64,000 bases of DNA from an uncultured Gemmatimonadales bacterium (lineage in GTDB: Bacteria > Gemmatimonadota > Gemmatimonadetes > Gemmatimonadales > Gemmatimonadaceae): the NCBI GenBank assembly GCA_963850905.1, contig CAWKMU010000003.1:896001-960000 (forward strand), in the 5' to 3' direction. This document shows, piece by piece, positions 28,437 through 37,839 of the stretch. Made by a program: the position numbers and the translations under genes. The notes beneath the pieces were generated by a model, which was given only the letters and a program-made list of their open reading frames with translations, searched no databases and was not told the DNA's origin. Within the stretch, counting starts at the first letter, position 1, and the number at the start of each line of letters is the position of its first letter.

Positions 28437-30152
28437 CTAGCTCTCGGTCAGGCGTGGCGGCACATCGGCATCCCAGAGCACGATTCCCCGCACCCGCAGC
28501 CGTGATTCCCGCAAGGTCGCGACGGCGGCGGCGAGACGGGCGAGCGGTGTATATGCAACGCGCGCACAGACCAGCGCGTCGCGAACTGGCAAGATGCTGT
28601 CGGGACCGACTTGCGCGGCCCCCGCCGGCGCAGCGACCACCACGAGGTCGTATCGACGACCGAGCCGAATGAGCTCAGCACGCAGCTCCTCTGCCTCCGC
28701 GGTCCAGGGAACCGCCTCTTGGTCTGTCCCATCTTCGACCAGCACGGCCGGCCGAAGCTCGTCGCCGGCGCCACGCACGTCCTTGGATGAGTCCTGCACA
28801 GTGCCCGCCGGCATGACGTTGAGCGTTTGGTCGCGACCGACCACCGCGGTCACCACGATGCCACTCCAGTCCGCGACTCCCCCCAGGACGTCCGCCACTC
28901 CCGGCGCTCGACGTACCCCCAGAATGCCGGCAACGACCGACGCGTCGGTATCCGCATCGATCAGCAATGTGGTCCGCGAATCGTGCGCGCTCGCGACCGC
29001 AATGTTCGTCGCGACCGTCCCGACCACCTCGGCCTCATCGCCCGTCACCGCGACCAACGGAAATCCGAGCGCGGAGGCTGCGTCGTGGCCAGTAACGCTC
29101 AGATACACGTATCGGTAGCTCTCCGAATTGACATCGACCAATGTCGAGACGTCGCGATCCGTCCGTCGCCGCATGCGTTGCGGGTCAGGGACGCGAGGCA
29201 CGACCGTCGCCAACGTCGACACCCCCGCCACTCGGCTGGCCTCACGCGCATCGGATACCCGCGGCGTGGACAACTCTCCGCCGAATGTGACGGCAAAGCC
29301 GACGGCCAGCCCCAACACGAGCGCGGCCGCCATCAACGCGAGCGGGGGTGCGTTCCCCGCTGCGAGTGATCGCGCGCGGTCAGCTTGCGCGTCCAGTGTC
29401 ACATCCAGCCGACGCGCTCCGGCGAGCGCCAGGGCGGCGCGGGCCGCCACCCGCCGCACCGAATCGACGCGCATCCGGGCTGGCATCGTGTCGACCCCGA
29501 CTCGTGACGGCGGGGGAGGTGGCAGCTTCGCGACATCGGCATCGAGTGTGGCGAGGCGGGCCGCCGCGATGGTCTCCATCGCTCGGCCAATCGAGGTCAA
29601 GCGCGCCGTGAGAGCGAGGTAGACCGGGTCCGACCGTCCACCCGACGAGATCGCGTCGCGGGCACGACTGAGAACAGCCAGCGAGTCGAGGAGCGAGCGG
29701 ACGTGGACGTTCTTCTCGAGCGCGCGGGCGGCGCCCAATCCACGATACGAAGTCGGCAGCGGTGATCGGGTGGCGCGCGCGAGGAGCGATGCGAGCTCGA
29801 CGCGGTCCGAGACGAGCGAGTCGCGGCGGGTGGCTCCTTCGGGGTATCCGTGCCACGCCAGCAATGATTCGCGCACAGCCTGTTCATGCGCCTGCCTGCG
29901 GGCTCGGTCTCGCCCGAGCGCTCGTTCGGCGTCGGTGGTCTCGAGGCGCAACTGGTCGATCCGCCGCAGCATCGCGGCGGTGTCCGGCCTCGTGCGTGTC
30001 TGGTCGAGCATCCGCTCCGCTCGGCGCGTGGCCTCGTGGGGAATCAGGATCAGCGTCAACAGCGCAGCGATGAAGGCCGTCGAACTCACCCCGATGATCC
30101 GCAGCGGACGACGGAGCGCATTGCGCGCGCGCGCCGCCAGCCACTGCGTCAC
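28437..30152 (-). CDS. Wzc/GumC-like chain-length determinant with degenerate BY-kinase domain
   Basis: TM - coiled coil - TM - SESYR..TNIAVA..TLLIDAD..GVADVL..YDLVVV architecture. Confidence 0.75.
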   Translation of the reverse strand: MTQWLAARARNALRRPLRIIGVSSTAFIAALLTLILIPHEATRRAERMLDQTRTRPDTAAMLRRIDQLRLETTDAERALGRDRARRQAHEQAVRESLLAWHGYPEGATRRDSLVSDRVELASLLARATRSPLPTSYRGLGAARALEKNVHVRSLLDSLAVLSRARDAISSGGRSDPVYLALTARLTSIGRAMETIAAARLATLDADVAKLPPPPPSRVGVDTMPARMRVDSVRRVAARAALALAGARRLDVTLDAQADRARSLAAGNAPPLALMAAALVLGLAVGFAVTFGGELSTPRVSDAREASRVAGVSTLATVVPRVPDPQRMRRRTDRDVSTLVDVNSESYRYVYLSVTGHDAASALGFPLVAVTGDEAEVVGTVATNIAVASAHDSRTTLLIDADTDASVVAGILGVRRAPGVADVLGGVADWSGIVVTAVVGRDQTLNVMPAGTVQDSSKDVRGAGDELRPAVLVEDGTDQEAVPWTAEAEELRAELIRLGRRYDLVVVAAPAGAAQVGPDSILPVRDALVCARVAYTPLARLAAAVATLRESRLRVRGIVLWDADVPPRLTES

Positions 30153-30277
30153 CGTCGCCGTCGTCGGGGCCGACGGTTCGAGGTCGGGTAGGAGTGTCGG
30201 AGCTACAGTCAGAGTTCAGCTAGCAGCCGCTGCACACCGCACGCGGCCCGCCAACCGGATATCGCGCCCGCTACGTC

Positions 30278-30844
30278 CTATTGGACGGTCACCTGGCCCT
30301 GCATGCCAAGCGCCAGGTGGGGCGTGCAGTTGAAATCGTAGACGCCAGGCTTCACACCCGCGAACGATACCGTGTAGCGCTCGTTCGGCGTCATGAGGAG
30401 CGGACCATCGAGTGGAGCCATCTTCGCAGCGGGCCCTGTGCTCGTCTGCGCCGGCATGTTCGCGTCGAGTTGTGCCTTTGACGGGTCCGGCACCGCGCCG
30501 AATGCGACGTTGTGCGGGCCCTGGCTCACGTTGACGAACCTGATGCCGTCACCGACCTTGATGGTGAGGTTTGCCGGCTCGAAGCGGTACCCTTTCTCGT
30601 CACCGATCATCTTCACGACCACCGTCTTGCCTGTGATGGGCAGTGGCGATGCCACGCTGGTCGCTGCGGGCGCAGGAGCGGCTGTCGGGGCAACCGCGGC
30701 AGAGTTGGCCGGCGCGGCTGTGCCGGGCGCGGGCCTCGCGGCAGCGCCGCCGGACGTTTTGTCACCGCCGCCGCACGCGGCAAGCGCCGTCACACCGGCC
30801 GCCAGCATCGCCCACGAACACCGCATCCTGGACAACCCCCGCAT
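30278..30844 (-). CDS. Plastocyanin/azurin-family blue copper lipoprotein
   Basis: Lipobox LAAC, FEPANLTIKVGD, PHNVAF, CTPHLALGM type-1 Cu ligands. Confidence 0.92.
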   Translation of the reverse strand: MRGLSRMRCSWAMLAAGVTALAACGGGDKTSGGAAARPAPGTAAPANSAAVAPTAAPAPAATSVASPLPITGKTVVVKMIGDEKGYRFEPANLTIKVGDGIRFVNVSQGPHNVAFGAVPDPSKAQLDANMPAQTSTGPAAKMAPLDGPLLMTPNERYTVSFAGVKPGVYDFNCTPHLALGMQGQVTVQ

Positions 30845-30941
30845 CGGTCACAATGTACCGTCGATGATGGCACGCACCCACCTCGCGCACGGATCGCTCA
30901 AACTACCGACCTGCGATATGGAGGGCAATCACAGAACGACA

Positions 30942-30970
30942 TGGACGTTCGACGTTGGACGTTGGACGCT
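30942..30970. repeat. Isolated TGGACGT heptamer arm
   Basis: TGGACGTTCGACGTTGGACGTTGGACGCT. Confidence 0.6.
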
Positions 30971-31057
30971 CGCTTCCTGCCGAGACAGACCCGTGAGTGA
31001 CAACAATGGTTTGTGCGCTACAATGCGCGACGGCACCAACGCTGTGGGGCAGCGCAC

Positions 31058-31771
31058 GTGATCGTCGTTCCTTCGCTGCCGCTGCTCGGCGGCGCGTGCG
31101 CGCTGCAGGTCCGCGGCGACCCGGGAGAGGAGCGCGTCCGGATCGCTGATCCCCCTACAGTCGCCCGCGAGTGGGAGCAAGCCGGTTTTCGACGATTGCA
31201 CATCGTCGATCTCGACGCCGTCGCCGGTCACGGGTCGAACGATCGCGTCATCCAGCAGATACTGGCGACGACACACATGGACGTTCAGATCGGCGGAGGC
31301 GTTCGCACTGAAGAACGGATCGAATGGCTGCTCGAGAGTGGCGCGAGCAGTGTGGTCATTGGCACGCGGGCGCTCGAGGACCCGTCGTGGCTCGAAGAGG
31401 TCGCGACACATCTCCCCAATGAGTTGCTCGTCGCGGCGGACGTGCGAGATCGCCGTGTGGTGACGCGTGGCTGGCAGCACACGCCCGGAAGCGACATCTT
31501 CGACGCCTTACGAGAGCTCGCATCGTTACCCCTCGCGGGCCTCATTGTCACGGCCGTTCACCGTCAGGGCACGCTCACAGGATCGGACTTGCCGCTCATG
31601 GAAGACGTGGTCGAGGCTACACCGTTCCCGGTCTATGCGGCTGGCGGGATTGCATCCCTCCCCGAGCTTCGAGCCCTGGCTGAGCGGGGACTCGCCGGGG
31701 CGATCGTGGGGATGGCGCTCTACACCGGAGCGATCGACGCACGGATTGCCGCTACCGAGTTCGAGGAATGA
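31058..31771 (+). CDS. HisA/HisF-type TIM-barrel protein (HisA-like, catalytic Asp residues appear substituted)
   Basis: LHIVDLDA, QIGGGVR, VVIGTRA, YAAGGI, IVGMALY. Confidence 0.85.
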   Translation: MIVVPSLPLLGGACALQVRGDPGEERVRIADPPTVAREWEQAGFRRLHIVDLDAVAGHGSNDRVIQQILATTHMDVQIGGGVRTEERIEWLLESGASSVVIGTRALEDPSWLEEVATHLPNELLVAADVRDRRVVTRGWQHTPGSDIFDALRELASLPLAGLIVTAVHRQGTLTGSDLPLMEDVVEATPFPVYAAGGIASLPELRALAERGLAGAIVGMALYTGAIDARIAATEFEE

Positions 31772-32736
31772 AACGACGCCAGGGCCAGGCGGCACCGCTA
31801 GAGGCCGATAGTCCGGATGCATTGCTGAGCGCGGTCGCGGAGGTGGCGCGCGCCGCAGGCGATGTCGCCCTGTCCTACTTCGATCAGGCCCGCCGATCGG
31901 CGCTGGCCATCGAGGTCAAGCCCGATGGCTCGCCCGTGACCGCGGCTGATCGTGCGGCGGAATCGACGGCACGAGAGTGGATCGAGCACCGGTTCCCGGA
32001 TGACGGCATCGTCGGCGAGGAGCTTGGGGTCGTGCGGCCAGCCGCGGCCCGTCGGTGGTTTATTGATCCGATTGATGGTACCAAGAGCTTCGTGCGCGGC
32101 GTCCCGTTGTGGGGCACCCTCATCGCGGTGGCGGAGGGTGAGAGGGTTCTCGCCGGGGCCATCTACTGCGCTGCGGCGGGTGAGCTGGTGGCTGCCGCGA
32201 CAGGATGCGGTACCTGGTGGAACGGCGCACGTTGCCGTGTCTCTCAGGAAGCGCGGCTCGAGCACGCGACCGTCCTGGCAACCGAGGCCGTGGCGAGCGC
32301 CGGCTCGCCGACCGCGATCCGGCACCATTCGACTTCGGGACGCTCCTCGGGATCGACCCGCACCCGCACACCCGCCGGCGGAGCCGCGCCATCCAAGGTA
32401 TCCCCTCGTCTCCAGGCCTGGCGCCGACTGGCCGAGCGCGCCGGTGTGGCCCGGACGTGGGGCGACGCCTACGGCTATCTGCTCGTGGCCACCGGCCGCG
32501 CGGAGGCAATGGTCGACGCGATCATGCATCCCTGGGACACCGCGGCGCTCGCCCCCGTGATCACCGAGGCCGGCGGCGCATTTACCGACTGGGACGGCGC
32601 CCCGACCGCTCTAGGGGGCAGCAGCGTCGCCACGAATGCCACGCTGGCAGAGCAGGTCCGCGAGGTACTGAGAAAAGCGGGAACAGGGAGAGCCGGGGCG
32701 CGCCCGCGGACCCGCACTTCGGTGTCAAACACGTAA
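31768..32736 (+). CDS. hisN: Inositol monophosphatase family, histidinol-phosphatase HisN-like
   Basis: K.DGSPVTAADR, GEE, IDPIDGTKSFVRGVP.WGTLIA, WGDAYGY, WDTAA; ATGA overlap with the hisA-like gene. Confidence 0.8.
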   Translation: MKRRQGQAAPLEADSPDALLSAVAEVARAAGDVALSYFDQARRSALAIEVKPDGSPVTAADRAAESTAREWIEHRFPDDGIVGEELGVVRPAAARRWFIDPIDGTKSFVRGVPLWGTLIAVAEGERVLAGAIYCAAAGELVAAATGCGTWWNGARCRVSQEARLEHATVLATEAVASAGSPTAIRHHSTSGRSSGSTRTRTPAGGAAPSKVSPRLQAWRRLAERAGVARTWGDAYGYLLVATGRAEAMVDAIMHPWDTAALAPVITEAGGAFTDWDGAPTALGGSSVATNATLAEQVREVLRKAGTGRAGARPRTRTSVSNT

Positions 32737-32757
32737 CCTCACCCATAGGCTCATAGC

Positions 32758-33659
32758 GTGCCACACCAATTCATCATCGCCGACGTGTTCACATCGACCG
32801 CCTTTGGTGGCAATCAGCTGGCGGTTTTTCTCGATGGGCAGGGCTTGTCGACTCGCGCAATGCAAGCGCTCGCCCGCGAAATCAACTTCTCCGAGTCGAC
32901 GTTTCTGTTGCCGCCTGAAGATCCGGCGCACACCCGGCGGGTGCGCATCTTCACACCGCACCGAGAGGTACCGTTCGCCGGCCATCCGACGGTCGGGACC
33001 GCAGCAGTGATCGCTCATCGGGGACTGGTCCAGATGCGGGACGGCCAAACGACCATCATCCTCGGCGAAGGCATCGGGCCGGTTCCGGTCAATGTTGCCA
33101 CACGGGGTGGCGTGCTCTCCTGCCGATTCACGCTGGAACGGGGCCTCGAGCGTCCCGCAGGGGCGCCGTCGCTGACCGCGGCGGCCGCTGCATTATCGCT
33201 CCCGAACGAGGCGGTCGTGGACGCGTGGTTCGCAAGCGTGGGGCTACCCTTTTGCTTCGTTCGCCTCGGCAACCGCGACGCCGTCGATCGCGCGACGCTC
33301 GCGCGTGGCCCATGGGCAGCCCACTTCGCCCGCTCGTGGGCATCGGACATCTTCATCTTCGCTGGCGGGGGGGACTGGGGGAGCGCGTCTACGCCCGCAT
33401 GTTCGGCCCATCAGTCGGCGTCGAAGAGGATCCGGCCACGGGGTCCGCCGCCGCCGCGCTCGCGGCGTCCCTGGCCGATGCCGCCCCCGCTCGCGACGGC
33501 ACGTTCAACTGGCAGGTCGACCAGGGCGTGGCGATGGGTCGGCCGAGCATCATCGACATCTCGGCCGACAAACGGGACGGCCGCACCATCCGCGTCCGCG
33601 TCGGAGGCAATACTGTGATGACCGGCGAGGGGAGCATCAGTGTGCCGGCGGGATACTAG
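32758..33659 (+). CDS. PhzF-family isomerase, frameshifted at G-runs ~33367-33381
   Basis: DVFT..FGGNQLAV, EVPFAGHPTVG in one frame; YARMF..EDPATGSA, QGVAMGRPS in another frame. Confidence 0.88.
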
Positions 33660-33682
33660 TAGGGGCGACGCCATGCGTCGCC
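33659..33682. repeat. GTAG-type REP
   Basis: GTAGGGGCGACGCCATGCGTCGCC directly after the phzF stop. Confidence 0.8.
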
Positions 33683-33741
33683 TTTACCGCCGGATCACAA
33701 ACGCCGTTGTAATCCCTGACCCCTGGCCACCTTTCAGCTCC

Positions 33742-34848
33742 TCACTTCTTTTCCGCCACCAACACCACGAAGCTGCCCGGCACGGGCTGAGGGCGCTGGT
33801 TGCCCTGCGCGGGCTGAAACTGCGCGGTGACCAGATAGATCGTATGCGTCTTGGTATCGAGCGCCATGGTGCGCGCGCCCAGCTCGGTCTTGAGGGTGCC
33901 CAACACGGTGTATTTGTCGGCCGCGTCTTCGTGAACGACGGTGAGCGTCCCATCACCGTTGGAGCTGAACGCCAGCCCTGTGCCGGCGTCGAAGCGATTG
34001 GCATCGACGCGGGCACCGATCGGGACCGTCGTGATGACCTTGCCAGCCTCCGCGTCGGAGATTGCCATCACCTGATTGTGGCACCCGCTGAACAAGCGAT
34101 GGTGCTCACGATCGATCGCGAGTCCGGATGGGCTCTCACAGGGAGCCAGGGACCACTGGCGAACGATCTTGAGCGTTTTCAGGTCGATCGCGACGAGCAG
34201 GCTCTTGTCCTCGATGTTCGCATACACCGTCCCGTGATTGTCTGACACGCCGAATTCCGGCCCGCCCGGAAGGGCGACGCGCCCCACGAGTTTGCCCGTG
34301 CGCCCGTCGACGACCGACGCCGAGTGTGCGTCGCCGTTCATGCTCACGGCGTAGTGGGTGGCAGGATCGTACAGCATCGCATCGTCGTCGGGGTCAGCTC
34401 GAACGGTGCCGATGGGCTGTAACGTCTTGAGATCGAAGATGTGGATGGCCGTATCCCCTGCGGCCGTGATGAATCCACGCCCAAGGTCGTAGGCCAGCGC
34501 GACGCCGTGTACGTGCGGTGTGTTCGGAATGTCGCCGATCACCGCCCCGTTGTCGGGATTCACGACCAGCACGTGGGTTCCGCGAGTAATGAACAGCCGG
34601 TGCGCCGCGGTATCGAACGCGAGATAGTCCCAGCCGCCATCCCCGCCGATCTGATACCGTTTCGTCACCGAGTACCCGGGGTCCTGCGCGAGCGCCGTCC
34701 GCGTGAGCGGCCCCGCGATCAGGCACGCCACGCCCGCGGCCAGCAGCACGAGGCGGCCCTGACGCGTGATCGTTGGTGTCACGGAGGAGTGGACGCAGCG
34801 CAGCAGCGCTTTGGACGTGAGGGCGAGGCGAGACGGTCGCGAGCGCAT
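33742..34848 (-). CDS. YncE-family beta-propeller protein (secreted)
   Basis: GGDGGWDYL, HGVALA, GGPEF, APCESPSGLAID, GARTMALD; start uncertain. Confidence 0.88.
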   Translation of the reverse strand: MRSRPSRLALTSKALLRCVHSSVTPTITRQGRLVLLAAGVACLIAGPLTRTALAQDPGYSVTKRYQIGGDGGWDYLAFDTAAHRLFITRGTHVLVVNPDNGAVIGDIPNTPHVHGVALAYDLGRGFITAAGDTAIHIFDLKTLQPIGTVRADPDDDAMLYDPATHYAVSMNGDAHSASVVDGRTGKLVGRVALPGGPEFGVSDNHGTVYANIEDKSLLVAIDLKTLKIVRQWSLAPCESPSGLAIDREHHRLFSGCHNQVMAISDAEAGKVITTVPIGARVDANRFDAGTGLAFSSNGDGTLTVVHEDAADKYTVLGTLKTELGARTMALDTKTHTIYLVTAQFQPAQGNQRPQPVPGSFVVLVAEKK

Positions 34849-34929
34849 TGACATACCCGGGCTTGAGGGAGGACGGAAACCCACGCCCCAGCCAAGATAG
34901 GGGGCCGACCTGACGGGGGGATTACAACC

Positions 34930-36246
34930 TCAAAACACCTCCACCGCCGTCTTCGACACTCGCGTCGTATCCCCGACGTACGCGAAGGCCACGTCCCGCA
35001 TGTACGTCTGCGCGACACGTTGGATGTCGGCCGGGGTGACGCGGCGAAGCTCGTCGACAAACCGATCGGCCTGGCGGTAGTCGCCCTGATAGAGCTCGGC
35101 ACGCGCCAGAAAATTGGCCTGATCGGCGTCGGTCTCGTTGTCGAGGAAGTACTCCGTGATGAACTGCTGGACGAGGTGATCCAGCGCCGCAGGATCGACG
35201 AGGTTCGCTTGGAGCAGAATGATGTTGCTCCGCATGAGATTCAGGACGGTGTCTGGCTCCGTCGTCGTGACGTACAAGCCGCCCGCGGACACCGCGCGGT
35301 CGAGAAATGGCGCGTTGACTGCGTAAGACAGATTCCGTCGAGTGCGGATCTCCGCGAAGAGCTGTCCTGAAAGCGCGGAAGTCGCCAGCCGCAACGCCTG
35401 GTAGTCCGCACTCGTCGCGGGCGGACCGTGAAAGTAGCCGAGGATGTAGTTCGTCGGCAGCGCGCGTGCGCGGACCACGAGGCTGGTTGCGATGGGCGGC
35501 AGCGCGGCAGGGATCGTCCAGTGATATGTGCCTGCTGGGAGTCGCGCGAGAGAGGCATGTACCAGTCGCTGGACGTGCGGCGCATCGATGTTGCCCACGA
35601 TCACGATCAGCATGCGCGAGCGCACCATCTGGGTCGCCAGATACTGCCGGAGACTCGATCGCGAGATCGCGTCGATCGAGCGCTCGGTACCGACGAGCGA
35701 CCGACCATAGGGGCTGCCCACGAAGGCCGAGCTGTCCGCGAGCCACTCGACGAGTGCATCGGCGTTGTCGTCGCGCTGTCGCACGGCGGACAGATACTGT
35801 TCTCGGATGATCTCGACGTCGGCCGAGTCGAGTCGCGGCGCCGTGAGGCGATCGGCCAGGATTGCCCAGGTGGAGTCGAAGGTGGCCGACGTGGCCCGGA
35901 CACCGACGACCGTCCAGTCGAGCTGCGGCTCGACCACGATGGTTGTGCCGAGGCGCGCCATCGTCCGCCGCAACACAGACCGCGGGTAGTGCACCGTTCC
36001 GCGCTCGGACACGTCCAGCAGGAAGGGCTCGATTCCCGCTGTCTCGTCCGTCACCTGGCGTGCACCGCCAAGCAGATAGACGTTGGCGGACACCACATCG
36101 TTGGTCACGACACGGCGGAGGATGACCGGGATGCCATCGACGACAAAGCGTGTCGTGTCCACGACCTCCCGCTGCGGTGTGCGCCCGGCGGACGGCCAGC
36201 CGATGAGCGCCGCCATGACAGTTCCCATGCGCCACGCCCGAGTCAT
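34930..36246 (-). CDS. M16 peptidase family, non-catalytic subunit
   Basis: LFAEIRTRRNLSY motif, lacks HxxEH (IEPFLLD at that position); ATGA-coupled to the upstream gene. Confidence 0.88.
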   Translation of the reverse strand: MTRAWRMGTVMAALIGWPSAGRTPQREVVDTTRFVVDGIPVILRRVVTNDVVSANVYLLGGARQVTDETAGIEPFLLDVSERGTVHYPRSVLRRTMARLGTTIVVEPQLDWTVVGVRATSATFDSTWAILADRLTAPRLDSADVEIIREQYLSAVRQRDDNADALVEWLADSSAFVGSPYGRSLVGTERSIDAISRSSLRQYLATQMVRSRMLIVIVGNIDAPHVQRLVHASLARLPAGTYHWTIPAALPPIATSLVVRARALPTNYILGYFHGPPATSADYQALRLATSALSGQLFAEIRTRRNLSYAVNAPFLDRAVSAGGLYVTTTEPDTVLNLMRSNIILLQANLVDPAALDHLVQQFITEYFLDNETDADQANFLARAELYQGDYRQADRFVDELRRVTPADIQRVAQTYMRDVAFAYVGDTTRVSKTAVEVF

Positions 36247-37826
36247 TGGATCGCGCCTTTGAGCTCGGCTTCCGTGAGGCCGACCGCCGCTCGGTCGGCG
36301 GGCGCGATCAACACACCGGTCACGTGGGGCTGCCCCACGATGTACCGGCGAGCATACGCCGCGAGATCTTGTGGCGTGCGCGCCGCCATGTTGTCCACGT
36401 ATCCGAAGTAGTACTCAAGGTTCGCGACGCTCCACCAGAATCCGACGGTATGCGCATAGCCCGACCCCCGTTCACGCCCAAAGGCGGAGTTGACCGCACG
36501 CCTCGCCTTGACCTCCGCCAGTTCCTCTGTCGACACATACCCGACGCTGTCGAATCGCGCGATCTCGTGATCGAGGCCGGCGAGCGCGGCGCGCAGCTTG
36601 TCCGCGGTCGTCTGGCCGCTGATGGTGATGGGCCCCGTGTGGTTCAGCGTGTAGTAGTTGACGTCGATGGATTGGAACAACCCTGCATCGACGAGGCGCT
36701 GCTGAAACGTGGAGCCCGGCTGATTGAGTGCGTCGGAGAACACGTCCGCGGCATACGTTGCGCCCGGGTCAGCAGCGACGCTCGGGCCCTGCCACTGCAC
36801 GACGACGCTCACAGCGCCCACCGGGGACTCGATGATCACGGCGTCGTTGCCCGTGAGTGCCGGGATCGGCGGGATCGGGTGCGCGACGAACGGGTCTGGC
36901 GCACGCGGCCAATCGCCGTAGAGCTGCTGCGCCAGGGCGAACACCCGGGCTGTATCGACGTCGCCGGTCACGATCAACGCGGCGTTGTTCGGGACATAGT
37001 AGCGATGCTGGATCTCCCGCATCTGCTCGGGCGTGACGCGATGGACGACGTCGCGGTCGCCGATCACATTCTTCCGGCTCCAATTGCCTGGCCACAGCTT
37101 CTGGCCCATCGTTTGGATCAATGCGAAGAAGGGGTTCGCTTCCTGTCGATCGTACTCCCCGATCACCACTTCCTTCTCGCGCGCGAGCTCATCGGAGCGA
37201 AAGAGCGGCGTACGCAGGGCGGCCGCGATGAACCGCAGGCCCCCCGCGAGACTGTCAGACGGCAGGGTGAGGTAGTAGCTGACACTCTCTTCCTCGGTCC
37301 GTCCGTTGAAGACGGCTCCGAGCTCTGCGGTCCGATCGAGAAACGCCTCGGGCTGCGGGTAGCTCTCGTTAGCCTGGAAGAACATGTGCTCGTACATGTG
37401 TGCCAGGCCGGCGTAATCGGGCGTCTGCGTAAAGGATCCGTTCCGCACATCGATCTCGATCGTTGCCAGCGGCACACCACGGTTCTGGACCACGACCACC
37501 TCCAACCCGTTCCCTAGCTGGCGGCTGTGCGTCGCCCGCTCGAGCAGCGCCCGCTCCGTGGGCGGCGCCCCCGCCCCGCTGGCGCGCGTCGAGGCGGCGC
37601 CCGTGCCGTGCGGCGCGTGCGTCACGGTTGGTGCACCGCCGGAGGCCGGAGACAGCGTTCCTTGTGCGCGCAGTCCGTCAGCCATGAACGAGATGACGGC
37701 GACCGCCACGACGGCGGCGACGCCCGTGACCGCGACATACGCCCGCGCGTCGGCGCTTAGGCGGTCGAGCCGTACCCTCCAGTGTCCAGCCCGGCGCGTT
37801 GTGGGGGACTCGACGCCGCGGCACAT
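36243..37826 (-). CDS. M16 zinc peptidase, catalytic subunit
   Basis: LGNGLEVVV, GLAHMYEHMFF (HxxEH), FNGRT, EKEVVIGE, YYVPNNA; start uncertain. Confidence 0.9.
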   Translation of the reverse strand: MCRGVESPTTRRAGHWRVRLDRLSADARAYVAVTGVAAVVAVAVISFMADGLRAQGTLSPASGGAPTVTHAPHGTGAASTRASGAGAPPTERALLERATHSRQLGNGLEVVVVQNRGVPLATIEIDVRNGSFTQTPDYAGLAHMYEHMFFQANESYPQPEAFLDRTAELGAVFNGRTEEESVSYYLTLPSDSLAGGLRFIAAALRTPLFRSDELAREKEVVIGEYDRQEANPFFALIQTMGQKLWPGNWSRKNVIGDRDVVHRVTPEQMREIQHRYYVPNNAALIVTGDVDTARVFALAQQLYGDWPRAPDPFVAHPIPPIPALTGNDAVIIESPVGAVSVVVQWQGPSVAADPGATYAADVFSDALNQPGSTFQQRLVDAGLFQSIDVNYYTLNHTGPITISGQTTADKLRAALAGLDHEIARFDSVGYVSTEELAEVKARRAVNSAFGRERGSGYAHTVGFWWSVANLEYYFGYVDNMAARTPQDLAAYARRYIVGQPHVTGVLIAPADRAAVGLTEAELKGAIQ

Positions 37827-37839
37827 TCCCTTGCAGATC

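Noticed and set aside
34930..37826. Inactive M16 subunit as a novelty
   Set aside because: Catalytic plus non-catalytic heterodimeric M16B pairs are well established.
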